DNA of 62,838 bases, counting the filler, from Choristocarpus tenellus KU-1152 (lineage: Eukaryota; Protista; Phaeophyceae): assembly GCA_964200185.2 (NCBI GenBank). It is 10 parts of 10 records of this genome, joined end to end, with 100 filler letters (N's around TTAATTAATTAA, not from the genome) between each part and the next. Parts side by side here need not be neighbours in the genome. Positions count along the whole stretch, not along the records: positions 1 to 4,229 come from CAXNAD020015578.1; positions 4,330 to 13,017 come from CAXNAD020004446.1; positions 13,118 to 30,318 come from CAXNAD020000703.1; 7 more parts are not named here. One strand, 5' to 3'. The notes beneath the pieces were generated by a model. That model worked only from the letters and a program-made list of their open reading frames with translations. It ran no database searches and was not told the DNA's origin. A program made the position numbers and the translations under genes. Positions 1 through 13,171 of this stretch are shown one piece after another. The first letter of the stretch is position 1. Every line of letters begins with the position of its first letter.

Positions 1-57
1 ACATTAGATTTTTGACCCCAAATGGACGTGGCTCTACCCTCTAAGATACTTTGGCTC
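1..57. mobile_element. MITE family B, terminal fragment cut by the window edge
   Basis: Ends in CTACCCTCTAAGATACTTTGGCTC, the reverse complement of the family B terminus seen at 36369 (GAGCCAAAGTATCTTAGAGGGTAG). Confidence 0.85.
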
Positions 58-399
58 ATACCGGAATTAATGCTTTGCAAGACTATCGAAGTAGTACTTG
101 ATGAAGCAGGCTTTTGAAGCAAACCGAAGCCTATCAAGACGAAAAACAACTTCTCGCCAGTACTAAAGTTGTCCCCCATAGTCAGAGTGCTGTGCCACAT
201 TCCACTTTACATCCCTCCTGTCATAAATTATGAGAGGAAGGAACCCCAACCCCCCAACCTCAGATTGTTGGCTTTGCACGACGCAAGTATTGCTCCTTTC
301 CAGCTTCCTGGTCTTCCTGATAAACTAGCTCCGAAGCTGATGCCGCTTGCTGGTGCCACAGGTGATGAGACACAGAGTTATGTCTCCTTCGAGAGAGGT

Positions 400-3180
400 G
401 TGTGTGTCACTCCCACCAACACTTGCAAATGCATTAATCCCTGAGCGCACTTGGAGCAGTAGCAATACCTCTCCAAGTACAGCATGACGGCCGAGTTCTT
501 GATCTCCCTATAATAATTGATGAAGGGATGCATGACTTGATGCTCTTAGACATGGGTTCACACGGATCATGTCATCCACCCACCAGCCTGTAGTCTACCT
601 CACCAAGCCGTACCTTGCGCTATCACCTGCTTTGTGACGGTGTTGGTTAGAGTTAGAACGGCTTCCACATCTCTGTGCTCCACCCCGTCCTTGTCCTCCC
701 ACGCCTGACAAAAGGGTGGTGAATAGATGGAAGAAATATTGTAGGAAGAGGTTTCTATGGATTCTTGAAGAACCGAGATGTATGAAGTTTCAAATCTTTG
801 CAGGATGAGGTAGTTTCTAAGAAAGGGAAGAAGCACCGTTAGGATGAAAGGATTTCGAAATTCCGGACATATCTAGAGTGGAAGAGGTAAACAAGGGCAC
901 TTCTTCGGATGGAATCAGTCGCCGCACAAATATTAATCAGTTAGTGTTTTTTGCGAATTTGCTGAAGACAATATTGTACTCTTGTACCTCGTCCTCACTG
1001 AGGAGAGAGAGTTTAACTTTCCCGAAATTTAAATTTGCCGACAGAACTTCACGTAGAGGCTGAGTATGTGATGTATGAGCAAAGATCACCCACATCTATA
1101 CATACACACACATCAAACAAACAAACAGCGGCAGGATAGTACTTGCTACTCTAACCCTAGAGAGTACTGATGTTGAAAAAAAAAGTTTTCCTGGTCGTCT
1201 CCCTTAGCCTCTGCTCCTTCTCCAACGTGTAGTAAATGTGGTGGTACTCAGACTTGCTCAAAGTGTCTCCACAATAGAGGAAATCCCCGATAAGTGCACA
1301 TCCTTCCGTTCCAGGTCCTTTGCATTGGACTCCGCCACCACTCAGTGTGCGTTCGAGAAGCTCTTGCCATGGCAAGAGGCAAAGAACTTGGGGATCACAG
1401 CAATTCCAAGGTATTTCGGGGCCTGTCTAACCCAGTTCAACTGCCACCTGTTCTTGAACTATCTCCCATATCCATCACTCATCAAAGTTATTGAACTCTC
1501 TCCATCACAGTGTCTTGGGGGTCCCATTGCGGTCCAAGAGTACCTCTGTGGGCAGAAATGTTAAGCTAATTTCAGCGGAAGGCATTTCTTAGTGGAGTCG
1601 CAATTCTATGCGATGGTGTTGTCTGCAAAAGGCTGAAGGTGGAGGTGAACAACTGTGTTGTGACTTATTATTACTATAGACCTAAAGTGTTTTTCTTTAG
1701 AGTGTATGTCACATTCATATATTGGAGGTGGGTTGTACAATGAGTGTTTCGCCCTTTACTATATATTAGTTACAGGTGTATACATGTGTGTGTGTTGTGA
1801 GAAAGGTTGTATACGTGTAAGTGTGTACTGGAAGTATGACTATGTTTGGCTTGATATGAAAGAGTGGAAAAAAAATGGGAAAAACCTAGGTTTAAAAGCG
1901 TCTGTTATTGTGACAAAATTTTGTTGGTTGAATGATGTGTGAATATACATGGTGAAAGTAGGTGAACCCATTTTTTTTCCGCATATTACGACGGTGAATA
2001 GATACGTACCTCGCACATACTGCATGTATGATTATTTTGTCCTAAGAATGAACTATTTGGCACTGTGTGTAACCTAAGATGTGAGGGAGATATTACAGAA
2101 AGGGAAAGAGTGGGGATAAACACATATCTGATTTTCACCATTGTTGCCTTTGATGTATTGTCAGAAGTGGGAGATCCCTGAACGTCCTACTCATTCGTCA
2201 TTGTCCTCCAATGTGCTGCCTCCAGACTTGCACCTTGTCACGAGACTTGCCGCTTACCATGATGTAATCCTGTGTCACATTCCTGTCTGACCTCACATGA
2301 CAATACATGGTCCCTTATTATTCCATCTTAAAGTTCTAGTCGGCATAGGCCCCCACATCAAGAGGTATCCCAAGCCACTGAAAAAGTACCTTTGCATGTG
2401 TTACTGCGAGTGTGTGCTTGTGCGTGTGCGTGATAATTGTTGTTGAGTTCGTTTGTGGTGATATGTATTTAGATAATAAAGTTTCTATATGTATTTTATT
2501 GCATCCGATGATGTGGAATCATTGACACATGTAAAGTAGATGTTGTGTTATAAGGAGAAATATCGTTTCGTATAGTGCTGACCTTGTTATAGAGAGCGGA
2601 TTTTCACTTGTGTACCTGTTAATGGAAGTAGAAGTATACACATCTCCGTGACATTAATTACGGCACTTTCATTGCTTACCCTAAGGATTTCAACTGCCTT
2701 CTTGTATAGCTCCTCGTTCAAAGTGACGCAGATTACGCTATCTATTTACTCCTGTCAAATGTCCTCGTCTCGAAGAACCTGATCATACACTGGCACTTCC
2801 ACATGTCATGGACCTTCCGTTTGGGCCTTGCATATGCCTCCTTCATGGCAAGGAATCTCTTGAAACCCAAGTGTACTCGTGCTCTGACCCAAAGAATCTG
2901 GGGGGGGGGGGAGGTCAACACCAGGGTGTCCATTTGGACCATAACTAGGAAAAGTGCACTTATATTATCCATCCGACGTATGCAACCCAACCATAAAAAA
3001 AAACGCTACATGAAAAAATTGACCCCAAATGGACACCCGCCACCCCCTCCCAGATACCTTGGGTCTCTTATCACCAATGGATTCAAGGTTTGACATTTTG
3101 AGCCTACTATGCGTGTAATATAGGCACTTGTATGTTGTTGCGGGGAATAGGTGAAGGAATTGAAGTATCCCCTTGAACCC
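400..3180 (-). pseudogene. Decayed, intron-containing Sola2-like DDD transposase
   Basis: Manual minus-strand translation gives motifs in the expected order: HLGFKRFLAMKEAY..CQC (about 2790-2880), SDGYGR*FKNR (about 1447-1479), FFASCHGKSFSNAH (about 1345-1386) and RYCYCSKC (447-470). These match Sola2-type SDGxxxQ(F/Y)KN, HGKxxxD and C-terminal CxCxxC motifs. In-frame stops and a MITE insertion disrupt it. Confidence 0.7.
2886..3065. mobile_element. MITE family A, full copy, TSD TCT
   Basis: Termini GACCCAAAGAATCTGGG and CCCAGATACCTTGGGTC; TCT flanks both sides; inserted in the Sola2-like relic. Confidence 0.9.
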
Positions 3181-3489
3181 CACAGAAATGATTATGTATA
3201 ATGTGCCTTGAGAGATGGCAATGTATGACTTGATGTGAATAGGTACATACCAACCCTAACCCAAATTAGAGATACAAGGTGGGTTTGGCCTCAATTCCGT
3301 TGACTACACTCGTGGGACGATAGAGGACCCATTACCATTCCTAGAATCCGGCAATGCAGGCTTTGCTATTGTACACACTCCCCGTCCCCTTTCTCAATCT
3401 AAGGAGGTAGACGACATAAGTTAATTTGGAATTCATATTTTGGGGACATATAACGTCATAACCTAAAAAATGTTTCCGTTTTGCTGTTA

Positions 3490-4070
3490 TTATTGCTTCT
3501 TGTCTTCAGTGGTGAGTTTTCTCTTCATTGTCTTGGGTTTCAGTGTAGGCTCACAGCAGTAGCCAAGAGTTGGGCGTGGTGTAGTTTGGAAACTGGCTGT
3601 AGATAAATTAGCTATTGAAGCCGGGGAGAGTTAATCCTAGAAAGATTTAGTACTTGGTGGGATAGTTTGTTTGTGGGCCAGTCAAGTATTTTGCTTTGTT
3701 CCAGAGACTCACGTGAGACGCACTAGAGTAATATTCCTATTGCACGAGATGTGACATGGTACTGCCAAGCACCATCAGGAGAAGTGCTCAAGACTGTGTT
3801 GATACGGATTGTGATATGACATATATAGACTACGATAGCCCAATCATGTTACGGTGTTCCAGTGATTTTCATGTAGTCGGAGGTACTAGGGAGATTTTGT
3901 TAATAGTGGAAGAAGCAGCTTGGTGCTATCATCGATCTATGGGAGAAGATACAAGAATGCTTCCACCAAGACTGAAGTAGGACTGTATATGAATGAGCGG
4001 GTGAATCCAAGGATCCATATACAACAACATTTTTGGTGATAGATCAGTAGCAGATTTTTTTTAATGTGGT
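3490..4070 (+). mobile_element. Ty3/Gypsy RT-RNase H relic
   Basis: ORF 3756-3980 (IDYDSPIMLRCSSDFHVVGG...CYHRSM) resembles a degraded PDFxxPFxLxxDASxxGVG...YxSR RNase H start; many stops. Confidence 0.4.
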
Positions 4071-4077
4071 AGTGCTT

Positions 4078-4229
4078 GCCTCAAGGTATCTAGGGAGGGG
4101 GGCAGCTGTCCATTTGGGGCCATTTTTTTCATGTCGCGATTTTTGGGTGACTTGGTTCCATACGTTGGATGGATAATGAAAGTGCACTTTTCCTGGTTAT
4201 GGTCCAAATGGACACCCTGGTGTAGACCC
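4078..4229. mobile_element. MITE family A, truncated by contig end
   Basis: Starts GCCTCAAGGTATCTAGGG; body matches the copy at 40686-40866. Confidence 0.9.
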
Positions 4230-4329
4230 NNNNNNNNNNNNNNNNNNNNNNNNNNNNNNNNNNNNNNNNNNNNTTAATTAATTAANNNNNNNNNNNNNNN
4301 NNNNNNNNNNNNNNNNNNNNNNNNNNNNN
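4230..4329. other. Artificial contig spacer
   Basis: 44 N + TTAATTAATTAA + 44 N, identical at nine sites. Confidence 0.98.
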
Positions 4330-4384
4330 ATATTGTTCCCCCCTCACCCCCCCCCCCCCCCCCCCCCCCCAGATACTTTGAGCC
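4330..4384. mobile_element. MITE family A/C right end
   Basis: Poly-C followed by AGATACTTTGAGCC. Confidence 0.8.
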
Positions 4385-6373
4385 TTATGACTGAAATAGC
4401 CCAAAACCTACCGCCCTATAGGGTTTTTCTTACCCTCAAGGATAAGGGATAATGAGGATTAGGTCTTCCACTGCTAGAGCCCTACTATAATTGTACCTCA
4501 TGTAGACTTCCAACTAATACAAAGCCAACATGGGAATGACATTTTCTCACTACATTGACATAGCCTATGTCCTCTGTGTAACTAGTACATGACTTACCTC
4601 CATCCCTGAAATTGGACCTTCATTCCCAACACTCCCTGTCATCACAGGTCTCCAGTCTACAACAACCACCTGTCATGTGATTTAGATGTTGGTAGGTCCT
4701 TAAGGGTAATCGTGTAGATACACAGGGGTAGATCTTGATGTTCTACCGAGCACAGACAGTTAGGACACCTACACACCACGTAAAACAGAGCATTCATATA
4801 TAGTACAGCAAAAGGTTGTAGCACTGCGTACAACAAACGTTTGACAGCACTCGGCCACAAGCACTGTCCAGACAACAGATTTTAAGGGTCGAATTGATTC
4901 AAGCTCTTGCCAAACTACAGATGTTGCAGAGCAATTGGCCCCGAAAGCTGTCCTGAACAACAGACAATGTCCACCGATGGCCCTGAGCGTTGTGCGGGGC
5001 TAGAGACATCAGGGAGCGAATGGGCAAATGGGCGAGCAATTGCTGCACAAGGGGCATTGCAGAGGAATGGGCTCAGGCGTTTTACTTGACAGCGGGAGTT
5101 CTGAGCAAGTGCATGGGACTTCTTCTTTTTTCCTTTTTACGGTATCTATTCTATATTCTGCCAGGTTTTTCCATTTATTGCCCTCTCTGTCTCAAAAAGT
5201 CGAACAAATATTCTCAGTAAAAATCCTTCAGAAGCGGACTGCCTTGCAGAGTAATAAGTGAGTTAAATATCGGGACCTGCTGATGTTATTGACAACAAAC
5301 ATTATGCCCCAAGCCTTGTGCTAGACAACGGATGCCATAGAGCACGGGAATTGGGTATATTCAGATAACGGATGTTATGGAGGAAAGCGAACCGAACGTT
5401 TCCATGGATAATAGGCATAATAAGCCAAATATTACTTACTGCCCTAGGTTAACGCTAGCATTGAGCATTACATTTTCCGAGGTGTGGTTAAGCTATGACA
5501 GTCTTGAGATTACCTAGGGGTATGAGACATCAGTGTATAACTCATCCACAAGGACAAAATCATCATGTGATTGAATTATAATATAACCCAGAACCTGGTC
5601 TCAAGACACGCTGAGAACAGGGATAACGTCTCCTTCAGGACACCATTAATCTCAACTTGGTAAACTCAGGTGAGCAGCAAAACATGGAGAACCTTATGAG
5701 ACATGATTTTTGCTACTACCTTCAATGCTGTGGCTGACAGTGTGAGTAATCATCCCCGGTAATGTGGGGAGTAATGCTGACTAGTCCTTTCGTCAATGCA
5801 CCCCCACAAAAAACCAGACAGTCCACACAGACACACACTGGCACAGATTCAAAAATTGTGTAGGCATTGTTCCCACATTTGGAGTGTGATGGAACTAAAG
5901 TAATGGAGAGGTATTCGTACACTTTTTTTGTATTGCAGTATGAGCCAGTTTTCAATCTTTTGTGATTCACCCCATATTTCTGTGGATGAAGTGCTAAGTT
6001 TGACTTGGGAGGTTTGATTTCTTTGTTCTTGGAGCTTCTTGACACAATTACCCGAATAAATTACATGCACTTGTAAGATAATTCGAATTTTGCACATGTT
6101 TTGCCAGAATCCTTAAAATCCAACATTGGGTACCATCTCTTTTTCTTTGACATATAGGTTGAAGCTCATCAAAAATGTACAATTCAGTAAGGTGGTGCTT
6201 GGTTGGTGGCAAGGATGAGGCGAGCATATATGCAGTCCAGTTCCTTAGCAATATCCGAGTTCACGAGACTAGTGGCTGGATGGAACAGTGGTGTCATAAC
6301 GTCTTGACAGTAGGGATGGGCAATAGATTTTCAAACGTGATATGATTAAACTTTGAAGTATGGAATAGTGCAT

Positions 6374-6622
6374 GAGTCAAAGCATTTAAGAGGGTAGGGT
6401 CACGTCCGTTTAGGGTCCAAAATCCAATGTTGCGATTTTGCTGTCATTTTGGCTAATCATGTTTGCTAGGAAGTGTCAATATCCGTGTTCTGGACACACC
6501 TTTTCATAGCGTATACATTTTTACCTACTCCGAAGTGTTTCGAAAACCGAAAGGGGCATAAAAAACGGTGGGAAGCCAAGCCCTGAACGGACAAACAGGA
6601 CAAAACTCCTACCCTCATAAAT
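6374..6622. mobile_element. MITE family B with right TIR interrupted by a family A copy
   Basis: Starts GAGTCAAAGCATTTAAGAGGGTAG; body matches 22813-23071; the right TIR breaks after CTACCCTCATAAAT. Confidence 0.9.
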
Positions 6623-6680
6623 GGCTCAAAGTATCTGGGAGGGGGTGGCGGCTGTCCATTTGGGGTCAATTTTTTCTCGC
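6623..6680. mobile_element. MITE family A, left-end fragment
   Basis: GGCTCAAAGTATCTGGGAGGGGGTGGCGGCTGTCCATTTGGGGTCAATTTTTT. Confidence 0.85.
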
Positions 6681-8101
6681 ACACCAAAACAAAAGGGATC
6701 AGTGACAGTCTTAATGTTTCAACAGTCTATCAGTGTGGGCTTATCAACCTGAACCCGTGGAAGGTTGAACAAGGACGAGCAAAGACTATTTTAGTGTAGA
6801 TTCTCCATTCCTCGTACCTGAGTAGTCAGTTTCCTCCCTTTTACTGTGATATTTTCTTCACCGGCTCACCTGGTCTGCTGAGACCCTCACTCCAGGCTGC
6901 TGCTCGTACACCCTAGATAAGAGAGAGGTGCTGCCAGCACCCCACTTTGCATCAAGCAGACTCAGCGTCTCCCTGATATATGACCTCTGTCCACCATCTG
7001 AACCTGGCACCATAAGGACAATATCCTGCAATGCAATATTCTAAGGGTGGAGACAGAGTGGAAATAACAGCAGGGCATGAGGAGTCCACACAGGGAGGGG
7101 TGTATTCCTCAATATATTTAGGTAACTAGGTGATAGATCTCGGTATTCAAGGTTAAGATTAAGTAGTTATAAAATTGCAGGTGGGGAGGGTGTTGCTAGG
7201 CTGACATATCTTGTTGACTTGGTGTGTGATGCCGGCTATTCTATTGAAAACATGTACCTTGAAAGGTCTACCCTACTCTTCAATCTCAACATGAATTGAA
7301 AGTGTGTACAATCTAGTAACTTCTTCTCATATCGCCAGTGCTCTTTGTTTTGACTTCCCCGAAGTGATATGAGCCATTTGACACTTCAGGTATTGAAAGT
7401 GTGTACTCAACAACCCCTAGGAATCTCAAGATCAAGGAGGTTGAAGATGTTGCAAGCGACAAAGCATCTTATCTGCTTGACCTGGCATGAAGGCCAGCCC
7501 AACAATGTCGATAATGTCACTTCTCATGCTTGTCCCTCATACCATTGTAATTGACAATTATACTGGTGACCTACAATTCAAACCTCAACATTGGACTAAA
7601 CGCAATGGAAAGCAAGGGTATTGGCAACAAAGAGGATAGCAAAATACCTATGAACAATGTACAAGGTGAAAAGGTGATATGCGGAGCAAGATTTGACTAC
7701 TTCTTAGTGGTGTGTAGTGCACAGATATGGAAATTGAGGACATGTACAGGTGCTGCTCTCGTTGAGGCTCAGTGATCACTGCTACTACTGATTAGTAACA
7801 GGAGGTGGGAAATGGGGATGAGCATGGTTTGACAGGGGGGCAAAAACCTTTAAGACATTCTGAAAATTCCAACAATACAATACGCCAATACCTCTATGGA
7901 CACATCTATTCTAGATAATGTTTCCACACCAGGTCTGTCTGCAGCACAATAGACTAGTCTAATCTGTTGCACTACAATCTACTGTTGGATTACTTTCGAT
8001 TGAACCAAGCTAAGTAGTAACTTAGCACTTCATACACTTCTTGCATTCACTCCACTTGACCCTCCCCTCAATGTGTACAGTTTTTTTCAAATACATGTTG
8101 T

Positions 8102-8281
8102 GCTTTCAATATCTGGGGAGGGAGGGGGGGTGTTTACATCAGGGTGTCCAATCAGGCCCTGACCAGGAGAAGTGAACTCACACTATCCGTCTGACACATA
8201 CAACCAAATCACCCAAGTATCGCTACATGGAAAATTGTCCCCGAATGGAGAGCCATCACCACCCCCCAGATACTTTAAGCC
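8102..8281. mobile_element. MITE family A, diverged full copy
   Basis: Same orientation and body as 2886-3065; ends CCCAGATACTTTAAGCC. Confidence 0.8.
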
Positions 8282-8429
8282 ATGTAGTACTTGAGAGCAG
8301 CTATACCAATTTCGACCTTCAAAGGTCCAGGAGCTTGAACACCAGACATCTACTCCCTATGGAGGTGGGAAGACCCCCGTGACAACTTCCGTGAGAAAAA
8401 GAATTGAACCATAATATATGTCAATATCT

Positions 8430-10980
8430 CAAAAATAAATATTTTTCACATCTGGAGCGAAGACCCCTGCTACAAACTCACAATAGTAGGGAATAACAAA
8501 CCATATACACACAAGAAGTTGAAATTGGTACTTGTCAACTACAAAAGCTCCTTCGGTTTCACTTTCAAAGATCACACTAACACTCGTATCATGGAAGGAC
8601 ACCATTGGCATCTATGGTATGCATTCGATTACCTGCAGCAGGTCAGAGTCCCACTGTGCCTGATGAAGGAGGAGAAGTCGTGGCATACCTTCCAGAAGCC
8701 AGTGGTAATATTCCCCTGACAAAAGAGAAGTGTATTTGTCTTAGAGGGGGTATACATATGTGGGATTAAGCCTCCGTGATATATCAAACACTGGCTGACA
8801 TACAGCATCTGTTAATAACATTCAGACTTTATCCTCCAAACTATGCCGTCTTCTCTTTCCACATTACCTTATCTTATCCTGAGACACTATTATTGGTGGA
8901 GTGAGGAGGATACAGTACACTGCATGTCGACCATGGACAATGACCAACATAAATCTAACACCAAAGGGTCAAAATCGTGACCCCTCCTTAGATTATATGC
9001 CTCAAAGTGGAAGGAGAAGGCATGCACCTCACAATTCGAACCATGCTAACTACTTCAAGTTGTACTCACACCAGGTACTCCGTACTTTGTAAATTTAACC
9101 CCAAAACCAAAAACTGACTTGACATATACCCATGATCTTCAGCATGCTCACTTGTAACCTATGTCAACATTTTATACAAACTCCGTCTCCCTATGTAATT
9201 CAATCACCCTCTAAGTTCATAGGAAGGCGTTGATATGAATGGATGGTAGACAGGCTGGAGCGAGCTACCTTCCAGGAATCCTACCTGACTTGACCATGCA
9301 CGTAATGATCTATCTATAACCATAGAAGAGAATATTCCTTTAGAGACTTCTTCCTACCCCTCAAAAAGCTTGCAAACCATTTTCACGTACTTGCTCACCT
9401 CCTGAAAACCCTGCGATTGATGCTATTATTGGAAAATGCTTCAATCCCGTAGACCTTCCCAATTGAGCATAGAGTCGTGTGTAGCAAAGGCTGGATTGCA
9501 AGAAAATATATCCATGTTCTCTCTGGAGTTCCCATGCCTCCCAATGTTCGTATTTTCTCCTGTATGGCCTCTCACGGACCTCGCCCAGATCTTGCCCCTC
9601 CCTCTCTTGCGAGTCCCGTTCGTCTATACCCTCACGAGAAAACCTTGAGTGTAAACCTAGGTTGTGAATGATAGCATCTGACCCTTCCACATATATAGGG
9701 TTACTACTGGGATCAGATGAGTTGCCCAGGACAGTGACAAATATCTCTTGCTCCGTTGAGACCTTGTCATTTGTACTCTCGGTCCTGTCTAGCTCGGATA
9801 GGTGGCTGATTGGGATTGCCACCATCAATGCAACCCTACTTGAAATATTGGAGCCAGAGGAGTTGGAAACAGGGAAGGGGACAGAAATTGTCTCCCTATC
9901 ATCCCATGAATAGGTGAGATTCGCATGAACGTGATGCTCTATAAGCAGAAAAGAGTTCACATATGTCAGATGCGAAGCACACTGGTGTAACGCTGCGGGC
10001 AAACGCAATGAAAAGATATTGGTAAAGCCCGCCGAAGCAGCAACGAGGTAGGGGTAGAGTTTCAGTATTGTTCCGAGGGAGTGGTGTGCACCGTGGTGAG
10101 AGGTGAGTACCACTGCACGATAAAGGCAACCTAGAGCGCAGCGAAAAGCAGGTAAATATGACTTGTCTCTTGCCGCGCAGCCGTCGAGCTGGCAAAGATT
10201 GCCCCTCATGTCCTCCTCGATGGCGAGCATGATCGTGTTGGCAAGAGTGACAAGTCCATCGGCTGCACGTGGTCCCCACCCATTTGTACGAGTGACCAGA
10301 TCGATGTTCCTGGCGATAATACCTGCCTATAAGTCGGAAACAGTATAGATATCGTCTGTGATGGAAAGCTTTGAGTGTGACAAGTCACTGGGTAGATGTT
10401 TCGTCCTTGACCGCCCAGCCTTCACTCAAGGTATCTGAGGGGGGGGGTGCTGGCTGTCCATTTGGGACCCATTTTCAATGTCGCGATTTTGGGGTGAATT
10501 TGGTTGCATGGATCGGATGGATAATGTAAGTGCACTTCTCTTGGTCAAAACCCGAATGGACACCCTGTCGTAACCCTCAGCCCCCCCTCAGATACTTTGA
10601 GCCCTTGCAAATAAATTACTCTTTGGATACTGTTGTATCTATCGTGGCCATGGCATCTTGCTTTTAGCGATCCGTTCCAACCATCGAACCTGCTCTCCTA
10701 TTCTCCCAGCACTTAGACCAGAAATACTGTCCATTACTTCAAGGGAGCTCAGAGGCATGCCGCCAAAGACGGCGACAAGATCTTGGAAATCGCATGTTGT
10801 CACTGAAAGACTAGGAGATGTGACATCCACACTGGAATTGTTCTGACACGATACCACCTGTTCCACCCAACTTGCGTTGCAATACAACCTGCCGGTTACT
10901 TCGAGGTAAATGAAGAGAAAGGGTAACAGGAGTACGTCTGGTTTCGGCATCACATTCCTGTCCTGAAGAACTCTCCGCTC
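8430..10980 (-). mobile_element. Ty1/Copia gag-pol relic
   Basis: The end of ORF 9361-10230 (IFLQSSLCYTRLYAQLGRSTGLKHFPIIASIA) resembles YKARxVARGFxQxxGxDYxETFxP. A degraded LKKSLYG..RAW segment follows at about 9290-9355, with RNase H-like remnants toward 8430-8800. Confidence 0.55.
10423..10603. mobile_element. MITE family A, full copy, TSD CTT
   Basis: CACTCAAGGTATCTGAGGGGG ... CCCCCTCAGATACTTTGAGCC; CTT on both flanks. Confidence 0.9.
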
Positions 10981-10981
10981 A

Positions 10982-11220
10982 ACAGATCAATATAAGAATA
11001 GTATAATAATAATAATAATAATAATAATAGACACTCCCACGTGACCCGAAATAGAAAGGGAGGTTATGCAGGCATGGTTGACCACGAAATCGAGGGCAAG
11101 GATTGGAGACAACAAGCACACAAAAAGAGGTCTTGCTACAAGGAAAAACATACCCAGCCAGGTGAACCCTCGGACCCGAAACAACAGAGTCCACGACACA
11201 CCTACTCATCCTTACCAACA
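10982..11220 (-). mobile_element. Possible 5' LTR of the Copia relic, containing (AAT)n
   Basis: Minus strand starts TGTTGGTAAGG just upstream of the gag-like region. No partner LTR or clear PBS was seen. Confidence 0.25.
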
Positions 11221-12996
11221 ACACCTACCACGCCAGCCTGCAGCCCCTACTACGTACAAATGAAAACAAAACTTGGAAATGAGTAATGAAAATACTATAT
11301 CATCGTGGGTTGATCGTCTCCACGGGGTCACAAATTCAGATACACTTACAACTCAAAGCCAGGGATCAAAGCACAGGTATAGAGTGAGGGGGTGAGGAAG
11401 ATTGGAGTTCAAGAGTTGGTATAATAGTTTTGGATCACGTACGGGGGCTGAGTTCTACAGTATTGTTATAATTAGCATACCTTTGCGTGGGAAAGATATC
11501 AAACAACGACCCCACAGTAGTAGTGGACATTCTTGACGGCTTGGCGGTCAAAAAAGGTTCCTTGAAAAAATCGGAAAAAAAGGGTTTTCCGAGTGAATAT
11601 TCATGAGATACATACCTGCTTTGCTGTCCTTGTGCGTTTTCACCTGTTGTTGTAGTATATATGGAATACATTATAAAATAAGGATTAATAATACTATATT
11701 AGTGGTATTTATCCGTGGACTTACACTAATTTTGCGCTTCTTCCTTTCGTAATGTAGTCACCAGTCTCGATGCTATGCTGTTGTCCTCCACCATTGAAGG
11801 ACGTAAGGTTGACTTCTATTGTACGCAATACTGCATACATCAATACCACTCCCACAGCGCTACATATCAACACTAGACAAGTGTCAACCCACAGCACTCG
11901 ACCTCTTCTGCCCGACCATACATGGGACGTTCTCTTCTTGTGTGCTGCTCCCAGTAAAAAGCACCACCTGGCCCATTACCAGTGCTTTCTCTTCCTGAGA
12001 TACCTTGTAAGCATTGGCCAAGGAAGGGTGGCTTCTCCCCTCCGCACTAGGTGGCCCACTGTGAACCAACCCACAAATTACTATTCATGACGAGGTATTT
12101 CCCTATCAACAATGACTACCTACGAGTAAAGCAGATTGGTACACTGGAAGGGCAGGTTGGACAGGGTGATGTGATCGCTGACTGGTTTCTTCACTCCAAT
12201 ATCAACCGCAATCCTGTTGATTTCCTTCCTGGGAGCATATGGACAAGACTACACTACTTTCTCCACTGGCTTCTTGCTGCCCCTTTGTATACTACTTTGG
12301 GGCTAATCCACAAGATCACAGAATCTGCAGCAGTTAAGCTGCCTGATGACCCCATCAGCCTGTAGTGGGGAGAAACAGGTTGAATTGTTACTTAGATTGG
12401 GAAAGTAACATGGTCTTACTGCATCATTGTAAGTATGACAAGCCAGGTGCTACATTATATTATAAGAGCAAATCTTGAACACATCATTCTATTATACCAA
12501 TCAAAAGTAGTTTCACATCTTTGCCCTTTGTGACCACCAGAGCAAGCACATTCCAAATACCGCCTGACCTTCGATAATTGCCAATGTATACCTTATACCA
12601 TGCCCAATGCACGTTCTCGTGTCCTTTTGCCTTGCTCATCTATTGGCACAGATGGCACTAGAGTGTAGCAGTGGTGGAATTCGGGGTGTCACTCAAAGAA
12701 CTGGGAGTAAAGTGCAAAGCACCATGGCATGGTAGGCTCTAACCTCCCGCTCCCTTCATGACATCAGAGGAATCTAAATTAGTCCTAAATTAAAGTGCCA
12801 CCATGTCACAAAGATACATGTATGCAGCAGCTGTAGCACTTCCAGTGTAGACATATCCCTCATAGTGTGAATCCAGCACTGGGTTGAGGAGGAAAATATT
12901 CCCAGGCCAGTGGCTCTCCATATTGGAGTGCACACCTCTAGTCCAGATGAAAGTGACTGTCCTGCCTACCTAAGGGTCCAGGTTGCCGAAATTGAT

Positions 12997-13017
12997 GGGT
13001 CAAAATATCTGGGGGGG
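12997..13017. mobile_element. MITE family A/C left end at contig end
   Basis: GGGTCAAAATATCTGGGGGGG. Confidence 0.75.
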
Positions 13018-13117
13018 NNNNNNNNNNNNNNNNNNNNNNNNNNNNNNNNNNNNNNNNNNNNTTAATTAATTAANNNNNNNNNNNNNNNNNNNNNNNNNNN
13101 NNNNNNNNNNNNNNNNN
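13018..13117. other. Artificial contig spacer
   Basis: 44 N + TTAATTAATTAA + 44 N. Confidence 0.98.
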
Positions 13118-13171
13118 TTGTATTTTGACCCCTAAATGGACGCGGCTCTACCCTCTAAGATACTTTGGCTC
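13118..13171. mobile_element. MITE family B terminal fragment
   Basis: Nearly identical to 1-57. Confidence 0.85.

Noticed and set aside
2803-3093. Recurring small-peptide family (KLTPNGxPPPPPRY) in the ORF track
   Set aside because: All instances are translations of MITE A copies, and starts and frames are not conserved.
4274-4285. TTAATTAATTAA motif repeated nine times
   Set aside because: Always centred in an identical N block; it is an assembly linker with stops in all frames.
4400-6340. Possible retroelement integrase relic; similar traces at 11760-12990 and 43050-43520
   Set aside because: Looks like decayed coding DNA, but no motif was clear enough to call.
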